A stretch of 64,000 nucleotides of DNA from Owenia fusiformis. Lineage: Eukaryota. The stretch spans positions 23,498,001-23,562,000 of the forward strand of contig CAIIXF020000001.1 in NCBI GenBank assembly GCA_903813345.2. The letters run 5' to 3'. The first letter of the stretch is position 1; every line of letters starts with the position of its first letter. Below, in pieces: positions 13,701 to 28,700 of this stretch. A program made the position numbers and the translations under genes. Below the pieces are notes generated by a model that was given only the letters and a program-made list of their open reading frames with translations, searched no databases and had not been told where the DNA came from.

Positions 13701-16700
13701 GCCAAAACGTTTTCAATGTCAAAGTAAATTGTATGTCAAACTAAAATCACAAACGGTGTTGGCAACATATTGAAGGTCAAAATAGGTCAATAAGGTATTT
13801 TTCAACGTGCATCAAATTGACCAAATGTCTTAGTGTTTTACACTTGTATGTATATTTGTATCACTGGGTTAAAAATCATTTTGGGGAAACCTGTTTTTTA
13901 TTGCAGAGCACCCATTGTAAAGGCCAAAGATGCGTCGGCTCAAAAATGTTTCACACCGCAGATATGAGGAAACCATCACAGATGCATCCAAAACACAAAG
14001 TAAAGGAATTGGCTGAAGACTTTCTCAAACAATATTATGCGCATCTAAATAAGTAAATATGAACATTTAATTCCAATTCAGTCCTACCTGAAAATGTTAC
14101 TGTATCACGTAAAATAATAGCTCCATGTTGATTTGTTGTTACATACTTTTTAAAATAAATTAGATTGTTTAAACTGTACAAGTCGTCACGTGATCATATA
14201 TATCAAAGTGTTATCATATTCTGAAGAAATTATTCATTTTCTCCACTCCATTACTTTAAAATCGAATAGAGCTAGCTCATTTTACTCAAAAATGAGAAGG
14301 CATTTTAAATTGTTATCCATCTACTTTCAATAAGGTTGAATAGTGAAGAACATCTTGCCAGACTAAATTCAGTGACGACCAACATAGAGAAAACTGGTTA
14401 TTATGAGCACACCTTCGATGAGTTACAATTTGGTGCCAGAACTGCATGGAGAAATGCACCGAGATGCGTCAATAGGATTTTTTGGAATGAGCTTCAGGTA
14501 TTATATGGCCGTTTGACTTTTTACTTGCTTGTTATCATTTTATGAATTCTTTTAAATAAATGTTTCTAAAAGTGAATCAATCGGTGAATGATTTACTTAT
14601 TTTCTGATTGATTGATAGATTTTCAAAACACTCAATGGTAAAAGCACTTATTGATATTTTTCAGTTACTGGATGGACGAAAGTGTAGGTCTGCCAAAGAT
14701 ATGTACAAAGCCGCATGTGAACATCTTGTATATGGCGGCAATGGTGGAAAAATAAGGTAATAATTAGGTCTTGCGATTCAACAATTAATTTCAGGCCGAA
14801 TTTATCATGTGACAACCTATCACATTTAAGAAATTCATGAATTGAAAACTGATCATGATTTGTTGAGTGTCCAGCTTTCTGTTTCTGACAAGTTGAACAA
14901 AATTGTTTTTTACAACATAATTTGCATTGACTAATACTCAGTCAGAAAACCAGACATTGACTCACGTGGTGAATCTTAAATATCTATAAGAGGGACTCCC
15001 TTTACAGAAGCTTTGAACTGAATTTACACTTCTTAATGCTGAAATTGAGAGTTTATCCATACATTTTAAGAAAATAGGTATATCAAAGAAAATGTTAAGC
15101 CAAATACTGACCTGATAGCTCAGAAAATTTTTTAAAAAATCGAATTTCTCTCTCCAGTCCTTGTTGCCCCTTTAAATTACCTGACGTGTCGCAAAAAGGT
15201 GGCGCATTTTTTTTAAGGGTATCGCGTGAATGTAACTTTGATTCCCCGGATTATAAGATAATATTCTAATTAAAGTTATATATCATTTTAAAGCTGTTTC
15301 GATGAAGTTTTTAGATCAACTACACTCCGTTCACGATTCTTGCGCGTTCTTTTTAAAAAAAAGAGTTTTTACCAAAACATCTGGCAAATATCCCCTGTTG
15401 ACACGTTACATTTTGAATTATTTTTCGTCTGTAAACGCTCATAACTCAAACAATATATGACTATTATACTTATTTTTCATCTTGATAAAGGAAGATGAAA
15501 GTTTTATTTCAAAGGATGAATTTTAGTAAGCGTCCCATATTGTGACGTCATAGAGTTTGAAAAATAGAATCTGTTGACAGCGACCTTTTTTTGCTCATTT
15601 TGTTACCTTCAACTTTTCAAGTAGACATTAAACAAAAAATACGAGATCAATTTTTAATAAATCATACATGATTATTTTGCTCTTAAACTCTAGTTTATTA
15701 ATAAATAGTTGATTTTGTTCACAAAAGTATGTGTTTTCTGTTGTATGTGGAAAAGTGGAGGACGAAAGGTTTTCAAAATTCATTAAAATAGGGCTAATTT
15801 ACGCCATTCGCCTATTTTCAAGCACAGCAACACGTATACTTATTTCATCTAAAATATCAATTGATTTGTGTTTTATGATGCTCCTATCCCATTGTTAATA
15901 CATATAGTTCTGGTCAAATATAACACTAATAATGTTGACATTACTCTTTTTATGATAAGTAATAACATTAACGTTAACGTTAATCAATGTAATATCGCTT
16001 AACATCCATTACATGGTGCCATTAGTGTATACAAACAAATGGCAGATAAGAATTAACTTGAATTCCATAAAAACAAAAATGTTTGAAACCATCGATTTCT
16101 CAAGGCTGTGATCTCTCGAGAGGTCTCCGATATTAACCTTGTTATTTTGTTGTCTAATGATTTTGCCAAATTTAAATGTAATTGTTTTCCTATTTCCTTG
16201 TTTTGAATGAGACATAAAAACATTCGATACAACACCCTCAGTTATTATCCAATGAGGACACTGGAAATAATCCTAACATATATTAATTATGTTTTATCAG
16301 CTAGCGGTTTCCTCATCAGTACCTCGTCTGTATTCTAGAAAATCATCGCTTGGTTAAACATTGTTCTCGTGCCAAATAATCATGAGTCATTTCTAAGAAA
16401 ATCTCATTGATGTACAATGTAATATGGTATCCTTGTTTATGCATATGTTCGCCTTCATTTTTGTTCACTGAAGTCATATCATCTTTTGTTAAGGTTAACG
16501 TCCTGGTTGCTGAAGCCAGCTCAGATTCATCGGATTAAGTATTTTGCTCAAAACTGTCAAAACTGAATACAATTTTGAACAAAATACTCAATCGACCGCC
16601 GTCCGATGAATCGGAGCACATGTGACTCAGGCATAACATACGGGTAAAATATTTGGATTCTTTTTTGGTGAAAATGATGAAATTAAAAAGTTAAAAAGTT

Positions 16701-19700
16701 AAAAATTTCCCCAACGTAAGTTCATCCATTTTGTTATAAAGACATTATAACAAAATGTTATTATCATGAACTTAGGTTATCATTTTAAGAATGAAGTCAT
16801 TCTCGATCAAGGTAACCTCATCGCCATTCACACCTCACACCTTGGGAGTGTGATGCACGACTCCGTGCCATGTGCAAATTAGATCAATTTTAAATGACAA
16901 GGCTAGTTTTACGGCAATGTTCACCGTGTCCCGGGTTTCACCATGTCATACTAGTTGATCAAGTGCAGATATTATTATTATTATTATGAGCTTTATTATA
17001 CTTGTATCCCACATTTGGGCAAAGTGTACAGCTTAACCAGAAAAAAAATGAAAAAGCTTAACTAATTATCTATATAGTATATTAACTAATCAAAGGGTGC
17101 TTGATCATTGCAAGATTTTATTGGATGCATTTCGTGTTTTTTTCTCTCTCGATAAAAATATTAGATATATATTTTGCTAGTATATTATACAAATATTGAA
17201 TTCTGTGGAGTTGAATATCTGTATATATTTCTAAAGGTGTATTCACCGCAGCCCGAAGGGCGAGGTGAATACATCCCTAAGAAATATATACAGATATTAA
17301 ACGATCACAGAATTCAATATTTGTTTTATTATTTCCTCATTAGTTTCAACGTATTTCCAAACGTTTGCCAATATTCTGTTATAAATCACGATCTCTGTCA
17401 CACCATAATATAGTAAAAATTAGATTCGGATCTTCCATGTTAAAGTCCATAGTCTTCGTGCTTTCATTAGTTGACATTTTGAATACATTTGTAAAATCTT
17501 TATCCCGCGTTTGTTATACAGTATTGAACCTTTTCTTGGAAGGACTTCGTGATACAACTTCACCGCCTGTCATATCGGATGAAAATACGTTTTACTAAAT
17601 TCCCGGGAATTCAGTGATGTGACGTCATTTTTAGTGAATACCACTATTTATTCAATTAAAATGACGTCATTCTTAGTGAATACACTCTTCACACGTTTTC
17701 TAAGCAAGGAGACAAGGAATACCTCTATATATTTTTAGTCACATGGTATCTAATTGACCAATGAGAGAACGAGTATCACGGCATGGAAATAATAATTAAT
17801 ATTATTCCCTCTGAATTAAATAGAAACATTAATTTATGTTACACGTTATTCATGTTTTCTAAATTTTGACAGTGTTTTTTTATTTTATCCATGTAACTTG
17901 ACCGAACATCTTTTAACTTATTGCATTCTAATAGGTAATGACATTCTGAACCGGTTTTCTTGTTACACATTAAACATTTTCTTTCTTCAATAGGGGTAAT
18001 TGGTTTTGTGTAACGACCTGTTTCGATTTCTAATTTATATGACATACTAAAATGTCAAACAAATGTAGTTTCTGTAAATTGAGATCATGTTCTAAGCAAG
18101 GAGATCGTGTTTTTCATTTTTATTGCATAAATAGATAATACAACAAGATACCTATTACTTCTTCAAAGGTAGAATGCCGTTAAACGTCTAATTTGGAAAT
18201 GGTAGTGTCCAAATAATGCAGAAAACCGGCAGAAAACAATGAGGAGCATTCGTTTTCCATATGAGAAAATAGAATGGTATCTACTGTTTTCAACTTGATT
18301 CCGTTTCAACGTAGCCCCCTTCCAAAACTGATTATTTACCACATTTTGGCCTCGACCCCCTTCCAAATTCTGCAAAAGAATCTGTATTCTCCCGTAATGA
18401 TATTGGCGATTGTAGATGTACAATATTAACCATTTGCAGAAATAAATATTAATAACAATAATAAATGATAACTTCAAAGAAAACATATCAATTTTTATGA
18501 TAAATGTTTAATTATATAGCCATAATCAAAGATATAATTGTCTTAAATAAATTGCCATACCATACCTGGTCCTTTCAACTTAATATATCACCAATGTTTC
18601 TAGGTCAGTTGTAACAATGTTCCCAGCCAGGCATAATGGGGAATATCGGGTGTGGAACAGCCAACTCATCAGATATGCTGGCTACAGACAACCCGATGGA
18701 TCTGTCATTGGAGACCCACTAAATGTGGAGTTCACAGAGGTACACAACCTTTGCTAAACTAGTTGACCTTTGACCTCATCTAGGAGCCGATAACTTAAGT
18801 GGCGATCAATACATTTTGCAAATGACCCTCTGGAGTCTGGAGTCATAACATTAAACTTGGTAGAACTAGATTGTATATAGATGAACCACCATCGAGTTTT
18901 TTCCTTTTAGTAGATCATACATCTAAATGAGAGTTATGTTCTGGAATCGAAAAATGTCAACCAATCTCCCATCAGTTGCCCTGGGCACAACCACGAACCT
19001 ATGCCAGATTGCTCCTGTTGTCTAGGCTCAATTATATAAAACTCATTATTTCATTGAGCCGAGCACTAAATTACCAATGGGGACTGGATGTGGCTCGAGG
19101 CATGTGGGCATGACCGATATTCCTAATACATTAGTTACACTAGTTATACGACTATGGTTATTTTTCAGATATGTCAGCGTATGGGTTGGGTTGGCAGTGG
19201 AGGCATGTTTGATGTTTTGCCTCTAATTCTTGAGGCTAACGGTGAAGATCCAGAGTTGTTCGACATTCCAAAACAATTTATCCATGAGGTGCACATTAAG
19301 CACCCAGAGTAAGTACAGAACCATTGATATTTTCCTGGTAAATGGCTCTCTGTTTTAATTTATCTTATTTTTGTAAAAGGATATCAAAATCCCCGGATCA
19401 AAATCAGTCAAAGGTTCCTCGTGACGACTGTTGAAATTATTGTTAAATTATTGTGTTTGTTTGGTGTTGACCAGCACCCTTAACAGCATTTTAGGCTTAG
19501 ATTTCATCTTCCCCGCATCATTTGAGACTGAATTTCCGACATTGTTCAAGTTCAGTACAATTAATGTTTTCCATTTATTGGTATTTGGGCACTTTTTACA
19601 ATTTAGATTATTCTTCTACGTGTGTTTTAATGACTTTAAATGGTATGTCCCATGATCTTGTGCGTGGTTTTGTGCTGTGATATTGACAATGTGATATTGA

Positions 19701-22700
19701 TATTGAATGGTCATCATGATAAACCATGACATCTCAATTCTTCGATCTCAGCCCTGAGATGGTTTCAGGTGAAACAGAAAGATGCTATGAGTATCAGAAT
19801 GTTGAATGGTTGGTAGGGGATGTTCTAAACATTGCTATTTCGTGTGTTATATCATAGTTTGGGATACTGGGGGTTTGTATTCAGTATGTATAACTTGATT
19901 ACTTTTGAAAGGAATCCATTTTGTCTCGTATACACCATCCATTTGCCAGTAAAAGTCTTGCCTTGTGTCTATTTATACATGTGAATATGTTTCAGTTTCA
20001 CTCAGTTAAACGTTAAAGACAATGTTGCAAACATCACTGAAAATGAAAAACACTTATCTAATCATATTAAATGATATCAGTGAGTCCATTGTGATCCTTC
20101 ATGGAAACAAATGAATTTCAACGGATGTATCTCATGAACTCTGGATCTTAAGTGTAATTGAATAATGTGTACATTTTATGTAACCTACCTAAAGTAGGCT
20201 GGCCAAGTGCTTGTAAGGGTAGGAAACGTGACTGTGTTGAACTGGTTGAGAGGACGTCTTATTATATAGTGCTTGCCCAAAGTATTAAAATTCATGTTCT
20301 TTTGTGTCCGAAGTTTATAATCTGTATGATCGCGGAGATGGGTTTAAGTTATTGTTAATAGACCGTCAACAATCGAAAAACAATACCGAACAACCAATAC
20401 AGTGAAGAGCAATTCCAAAGTTACCATTGGTTCTTTCGCCACAATGTTTTAATCGTATAGCTAAGATTTTTGAGAAAGGGTTGTTTAAGCACTATCATCA
20501 ATAATTGTTCCATACTTGGAATTGCATTCAGTTCTACGCCAATCGTAATGAAGACCTTTGAGAGCATGTCATCTAAAATGTCGGATTTCTCAGAATATAT
20601 TTTTACAATGAATTTTTACAAGTGAATTGCAACATGAATTTTCTTTATCATGTGAAAATTCCAGCTGTTTTCGATAAAGGAAAACGAGTTAATCTTGTTT
20701 TATTTTGGTACAATGTTTTGGGACACTCCGTACTTACATCAGTCTCATTCAAATAGTTTTGATTGTTTAAAAGTCGGCAGAATCTTTGGAATCATTCCTT
20801 TGATTCCGATTCCATTTCATTATTACAACACTGGTATTTCACAAGAAATAACATTATTTGCTGTGAAATAATTATTTGAATTCAATAAACAAGTTTGATT
20901 CAACTGACCGGTTCAATGCGTGAGATTGGAATGGGTAAAGAAAACACTTCGATAACTATTCTTTAATATCTACAAATGGTTCTTTTATTTATTTAGTTTC
21001 TTTTATCTATTAGAAATACTTTCAATTTCGAGTATTTGCGTTTCAAATGATTCTTTTATGTTTTTGATCCAATGTTTGTGAATCTTAAGTTAATCAAGTT
21101 GCTTTACACCTAAAACTGAAGGTCGAGGTTTAAGGCTAACGTACAATTTCCACATATGGCAAAATAGTTTTATAAAACGAAGAGGAATTCAGCTACATGT
21201 CGACAAATCATTGGCCTCGATCCATTTCTGGTGGTACATTCTCCATCTTATATTCTTATTCTCATTTAAACAGTCTAGATCTTGTATTCTTAAATTGAAT
21301 GGATCAACAAATTTTACTCAAAGGACAAATTCATGTTATTGTGTGAAAAAAGAAAAGATAACAAAAACATAATGCGTTTTTGCCATTGACTGAATTGTAT
21401 AAAGGTCATGGTCATAAGAACTTGAACGAATTTTTAGGGTTGGTGACATAGTGATTTGCCAATCGGCTTGACATATTTATCGATTTCTAATTTGCATTTG
21501 TATTTGTCAATGATACAAAAAGCATTCTTTCTTTAAGACCGCAGAGTTTGTTTGTGAAAGAACGTTGTCGGTTTGGACCACCCTGTACATTAAAATGTCT
21601 TCTATGATCCAACCTCAAATACTTTCACTTTTTTCTATATATTCTTTTTTCTAGTTCGTCAAAAACGTCGCAGAGAATCAAATAAATGTTTTGAAAACAC
21701 CATTGATAACCCCGGGTTGGTACCCATACCTGTGTATGTTAAAGCTCACATAATATAACTAACTAGATCATGGTATGACTTTCATTTTTCACTGAAATGC
21801 CAAATTACTACATATAAATGCTATTCCCAGTGTGATCATTTTCCTCATTACCAATCCTCGTTCCGATCCGTTGCTTTCCTCATAATTTTCTCAAGATGCC
21901 CAGAGTCCACGAGTCCACGAGTCCACGGCACCACAATAAATTGACCGAAGCGAGTTGATAAAATGCAAGGTTTTGACAAAATCGGCATTCTTAGGCCCCT
22001 TATGGATACATATTTTCATCAATATATTGCTTTTCCAGATTTACATGGTTTGCTGAGCTTGGCTTAAAATGGTACGCAGTGCCTGCAGTTTCTAACATGA
22101 TGTTTGATATAGGGGGTTTACAATACGGTGCGGCACCATTCAATGGCTGGTACATGTCTGCTGAGGTGGGGCGAGATTTGGTGGATGCAGCACGATACAA
22201 TATGTCCGAGGTAAAGAAAATATTAAAAAATATTGTCAAAAATGACATTCTAGTAGTCTGTATGTATTATTTGTCTTGCATCAAGTCTTTATCCCCATTA
22301 TAAACCTGTATTTAAACTGAGATACAGTACTCGTGTTTTCCCCAGTGTTGCGACCCGGTGTAAAAGAAATTATGCCCCCTGCGGATTATGGTCCCCTTTC
22401 TTAAAGGCCCTTACTGGAACTGATTGTGAATACGTTAATAAGTGAAAGGGTTGTATTTAGGTCACCATATAAATCAATGGAAAGTAAAACCATAATTTGA
22501 TAGGACCCCCTACCCCTTTTACACCTGTGTTAAAACGTGCATGCAACTTTTGTTTGATTACAAAAATTTAATGAATGCATTGCATATTATTTAAGTCCGT
22601 TGCAGTAAAAATGGGACTGGACACTAAGTCAGTGACATCACTTTGGAAAGACAAAGCGGTAATAGAGGTGAACAGAGCCATTCTTTACTCTTTTCAGGTA

Positions 22701-25700
22701 GGAGATCTTAACTCGTTTTTAATTATTTACCCCCCCCCCTATCACACCAACTAGTTCTTACCCGTTCTTGCCAGTCCTATGAAAACGTCGTAAAACGGGC
22801 TCAATCTGGCTGTGGTCGGGAAATATGTCTGAAATAATTAGCTTCTTCGTTCTTAAACAGTCTTCAATACGTCCATCTCGTTCGCAGTTCGTTCAGGTCG
22901 CACCACGTCGGTGTGCAACGTCGTAGAACGCGTCCCTTAGTCTAGAAGGTCAACATGACCTGATTACAGAACGGTATGGTCGCCATCGACTTTTGAATCG
23001 ATTCAAAATTCCAAAATCACATTCCCGTCTGAGAACGTTCATAAAGTTCGTAAATAGACCTAAGAAAGTTGCAGCTACGTTCATTCCGTTCGCACACAGT
23101 TTAAAACCAGTTTTGAAGAACGCAGTGGCAACTTTTTTGGTATGATAGCTATATTTTTGCTAACTCAATTCAATTCAATTCAATTTCAAAATAATTTATT
23201 TCAGTTTTCATTACAAAAATTACAACATTATACAGGCTATGACACCCCAGGGGGTGTATAACTGCCCATAATTAAATTTACAATAAACATGATAAACTGT
23301 GAACATTTAAAGTGGTACATAGGTCTATACAATAATATAATATAATATGAATACAATATACAAATACAATAATATGAGACAATAAAGAAATGAAATAAAT
23401 GTTCGTTCATAAGCAGTGTTAAATACGTTCTTAATCAGTTTAAACCCGTTTGCAATTAGTTCTACCTCGTTCTCAACACGTCCTCAGACAATTCAACTCG
23501 TTGTTAGAACGTCCCTAGTAGGATTGAAGTACGACGGTTCCGTTCGTAGTACGTCCAACTCGTCGTTAGTACGTTGTCACTCGTTCTTATTGTAGAACGT
23601 GACGACCACGAGAACATTTTGAGCATTGTCTAAGTTCTAGAGGACCTACCCGTTTGAGTACGTTCGATGACGTTTGTAAATAGATCCCAAATAGTTCTTA
23701 GTAGGTCCAGTCCGTTCGTACACAGTTGAAGCCCGTTTTCGAGAACGTAGTGAGAACTAGTTTGGTGTGATAGTAGGGTTAAGTGAACCTATGAAACCTT
23801 TCAGAGCAGTCACACGGTTTTAAAAGATTTATTGTATTAAGTACAAACATTAGATTCTAATAGGCCTTGTTATGCTTCCAATAACTACAATTGATCGATC
23901 GAGTTCATCGAACTTCTCAACGAAATACAATTCAAACGAGGTGTTTCAGCTATATTTCTAGCTATTGAAAAATGTAGCCAAATGTGCCATCATATGGAAC
24001 ACATATAATATTTTGTTCTGCTATGGTACATTCGTGAAATGTAAATCAATTTGTTTTTATATGTTTAGATGATGAAATTTTTATGAACTCGGCGGGTTAC
24101 ATTGGTCGTAGAACAGTTCATAATTATGCCAATTTAACCAGGATTTGAATATGAATTGACAAATACAGGGTGTCCCGAAAGTATACCCCCCCCCCTAGGC
24201 AGACATATTCCAGTGTCCTCATAGTATGTGTCATATATTATTTTAAAGCTTGTCCAAAGTTACATTGATTTGCCAAGTATCATGGTTTAACTCCCAAATG
24301 GGAAAAAGTTACAGTCATTTTAAAAGTTAGTGTTTTGTCAAAATAAAGTTCAATTTTACACCACATTACTAGTCAATGTGTCCCCCCTTGACCATGTTAA
24401 CAGCGGCAATTATTTTCAGATATGACCTTAAAAGTCCTTCAAATAGGAGTGTGGAACTTTATAACCCTCTTAAAACCTGTTAAGGGACTTTAGAAGAGCT
24501 TCCTTAGAGTGTCTACCCTTACCGTTCTCTTTTTCCAACTCAATATCCATCCAATCCGAAAAGAATTGCTGCTGTTAAGATGGCCCGGGAGGACACATTG
24601 ACTAGTGATTTGGTGTAAAATTGAACTTAATTTTGACCAAACACTAAATTTTTAAATGCCTGTAATTTTTTCACATTTGAGAGTTGAACCATGATAGTAA
24701 TCAATGTAAATTTGGATAAGCTTTAAAATGATATATGACACATACTATAACGACACTGGTATATGTCTGCCTAGGGGGGACCCCATACTTTCGGGACACC
24801 CTGTAGATAATAGAAATGAGGTGCAAATTTTTGAAAAATATTTACAATTATATCGCTTTCCCTTGAAATGCCCCTCAAGAGATGAATAGGGGCTTTGATG
24901 AATCCCAATTGGATCTACGTCTGTTTTATACGATCAGGTATCCCTGTTTCTAAAACCTTCCCATCGTATAACCCTTAGTAAATTTGCTCAGATATGTATT
25001 AATGTATCATACGTATTTATTAAGTTCTCCTGGGTGGGTAAAGTTAAAAGTATTGTGTTCATCACACCAATAATCTAAATGACGCACTTTGGTTGAATTA
25101 TTCTCCCTCATTGTTCAACATGTTAAAATCTTGATCCACTTGGACATTTTAATATGCATTAAGCATAATCCTTTCACTAAGGCCAACAACCAAACTTGCG
25201 CTATTGTGTTGAAGTGAATGATCCCGATTGACTTCCACATGGCCAATATTTGCATAGATATTGTTCATTTGATCCGAAAGGATTGGAATGTCTTGCATTC
25301 CTGGTGTAAATACCAAGGCCAAAAGTATACTTATAAAACCAGAGACGACTGGAAATCAGCATATTCTACAGAACATTGGCACTTTCTGAACCGAGTCCGT
25401 ATTGTAGCCATTGCATTTTTCTCATTTTAGGAAGCCAAAACCAAAATCGTCGATCACCATACTTGCACAGAGGGGTTTATACGCCACCTTAAAAATGAGC
25501 AGAGACTGCGTGGTGGCTGCCCGGCAGACTGGGTGTGGATAGTGCCACCTATATCTGGTTCACTCTCTCCCGCCTTTCATCAAGAAATGCTTAACTACCA
25601 CCTAACACCGTCAATAGAATACCAGGTAGACAGTTTCAACTTATATTAAAGTTCACAAAATCCCTAACAGTCACAAATATGTTTATGAATGATGATTAAA

Positions 25701-28700
25701 AATCAAGTTATACTTAATTGAAATAAACTTATGTAAGATACATGTTCATATAAAACCCGAAGTCAACTCAGCTCAGGAAAACCCGAACCCCAGTTGGAAT
25801 TGTACGCCCCCTATAACTTTTCCTATCGAACGTTTTATTGGATGACACATAAGTCTGTCATTGTTGGGCTCTTAGGTTTCTGACTTATTATAGGATTGCG
25901 ATTTATCATTTTGATAATATATCAAAAAGATTAAATAATTTATATCTTTATTGATTCAACGATAATCTTAAAAAATATTAGAATAATATGAACAGTACTA
26001 ACTAAAGCAAAACTACTCATATAGTTTGAGTTATCCTGGGTCCGAGTTCGACAACAATAGTTATATAGTCTAGCTTTTAAAGTTTTATAAAATAATTTAT
26101 ATTAAAGTTTCATTAGAATAATCATTGTCCACGTTTTATTATATTCTAGGTTGAACCTTGGTACGTCCATAAATGGAAATCCCCTGAGTTAAGATACAAA
26201 TTTAGGGACTATATTCAAACTCGGAGATACACCGTCAAACATGTTGCCAGGTAGTAATTAGTTTAGAAAACATATCTTATTGTCTATAAAAGATTGACCA
26301 AAATACAATGATTTGTGACATCAATATGTTGTGTCAACCTTACTTGAGCTATTGGTTATGTTACAGTATTATATTCTATTATATTCACATTAAGTTTAGT
26401 TTATCAATATGCATATACTGTAACTGATCTTCATTAAAGATCTTAGGTCAAGGTCACAATGACATTATATCTTGTAAACAAAACTGAACTGAATGACTCA
26501 TTAACCCTTGACCATCCAGAGAGTTCTAGAAAATATAATCATTCATTAAGATTTAATCATGTGACTGGAGATGTCCAATCAAAACTCAACAAGTAGTCTC
26601 AGTTCCAGAAGATTCTTTCTAGATGATTCTTTCACACTATAAATAAAACTGCAAAGTGGACTCAATAGCAGATAATTAAGAAATCATAACTGGACATCTC
26701 AAAGGAACTAAATAAAGCAGAATTTCAAAGTTTATCAAAAGGACATCTTCTTAGCAGATAATTACTGTGGGAACATTTATAACACTATAAACATACAACC
26801 TGAGGACTTTATATGGACATATATTACAACACACACTATATACGGATTATCATATACATTCGTGGATTATCATAAACATTTGTGGATTATCATCAAACAT
26901 TATTGTATACGAACATTATAGGATTACAACGAACATTATTGGATTATTACAAACATTGGAGAACTATTAACGATTATTGAAACTTTCGTGATCTGGAACA
27001 TTCTCAAGGATCGTCAAGGATATTTATCGACATCAAGAAATAGCCGTATCATTGATTGGACATCACTTAAGTATTAAACCTCCTTTATATCATTGCTATA
27101 TTATTTAGTTTTCAAAATATAAATATATTGTTATCATATTTTAATTGCTGTTTTTACTTTCTGTTATTTTCGAACGTAACAGAAATTGGGGGCTCGTCCG
27201 GGATACAACTACAACAAGCTAAAATTCAAATATTACAAAATTAGAAATCCAAAACTTGTACATTTAAATTGTGAAGACAGCAATTAATTGAAAATGAGTT
27301 TTGAGGTTGAGACATTTTTAGAAGCGCCCTCTTTGGAGGAATTTGACGATTTAAAGAAAACTGAACTTCTGGCAATTGCAAAACATGTTGGCCTGTCAGT
27401 CAAAAGCTCATACAATAAAGGTACAATTAAAAACTTTGTACTTCAATATTTGGTCGCAGAATCACTTCTGCCTGAGGAGCCAGCCCAGCATGTCGAGCAT
27501 ACTGATCCTATTAGGCTTAAAGAACTTGAATTGAGAGAAAAAGAGTTGCAAAATGAAAGAGAATTGAGAGAAAAAGAGTTAGAAATTCAAAAAGAAAGAG
27601 AAATTAGAGAATTGAGAGAGAAAGAATTGCAAAATGAAAAAGAAATAAGATTAAGAGAACAAGAAATGCAAAATGAAAAAGAAATAAGATTGAGAGAACA
27701 AGAAATTCAAAAAGAAGTTGAATTAAAACGTCTTGAATTTGAAGCTCAATCAAAAACTGATGAACATGCTACTATGCATCAACATTTTGAAAATAGGTTT
27801 GACGCTTCAAAATTTCTCAAATTTGTACCTAAATTTCAAGAGAAAAATGTTGATAAATACTTTACACATTTTGAAAAAGTCGCTCAGAGCCTAGACTGGC
27901 CTAAATCAGCATGGCCAGTTATGCTTCAGAGTGTATTCATTGGTAAAGCGAGTGAAATATTTGCCTCTCTCTCAGCAGAAGCATGCTCTGATTATGACCT
28001 AATAAAAAATGCAATTCTTAAAGCTTATGAACTAGTGCCAGAAGCTTACAGACAAAAATTTAGAAATGCCCACAAACAGAGTGACCAAACCCATGTTGAG
28101 TTTGCTAGAGAGCAAGAGCAGCTTTTTGACAGGTGGCTTGTCTCTAAAGATGTATCTGAAGAGTTTAAAAAGCTCAGAGAGCTTATGCTAATAGAACAAT
28201 TTAAAAACTGTGTTCAGTATCACATTAGAACTTACTTAGATGAACACAAGGTAGAAACTTTAAGTCAAGCTGCCACCCTGTCTGATGATTATGCTCTTAC
28301 TCATAAGGGTAGTTTTATCAAAGGTAATCCTAACTCTAACTTTAGAGGTTATCATGGTAACAAACCTTCATATGACTCTAAATCAAATCAGTCCTCACCA
28401 TCAAATACATCAAACAAAGCAAAAGACCAGTCTAATTCATCACAGAGTTCTAGCTCAAAATCAGATCAATCAAATTCTTCAGGTCCAAAATCAAATGTCA
28501 CCTGTAACTATTGTAAAAAGCCTGGTCATCTTATTTCTGAATGCTATAGGATTAAGAATAGAAGAGAGATGTCTGGTTCTGCTCATTCAAATGGTTGTGC
28601 TACAGTTCCCATTTCAAGAAAGCCCATTGTTTGGGATTCATATACTCATACTGAGAAATCAACTCATAGTGATATTATGGAGGATTATAAGCCTTTCATG

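Noticed and set aside
27288-27293. TTG start given by the ORF track for Gag-Pol
   Set aside because: The host is eukaryotic; the first ATG at 27294 is the plausible start.
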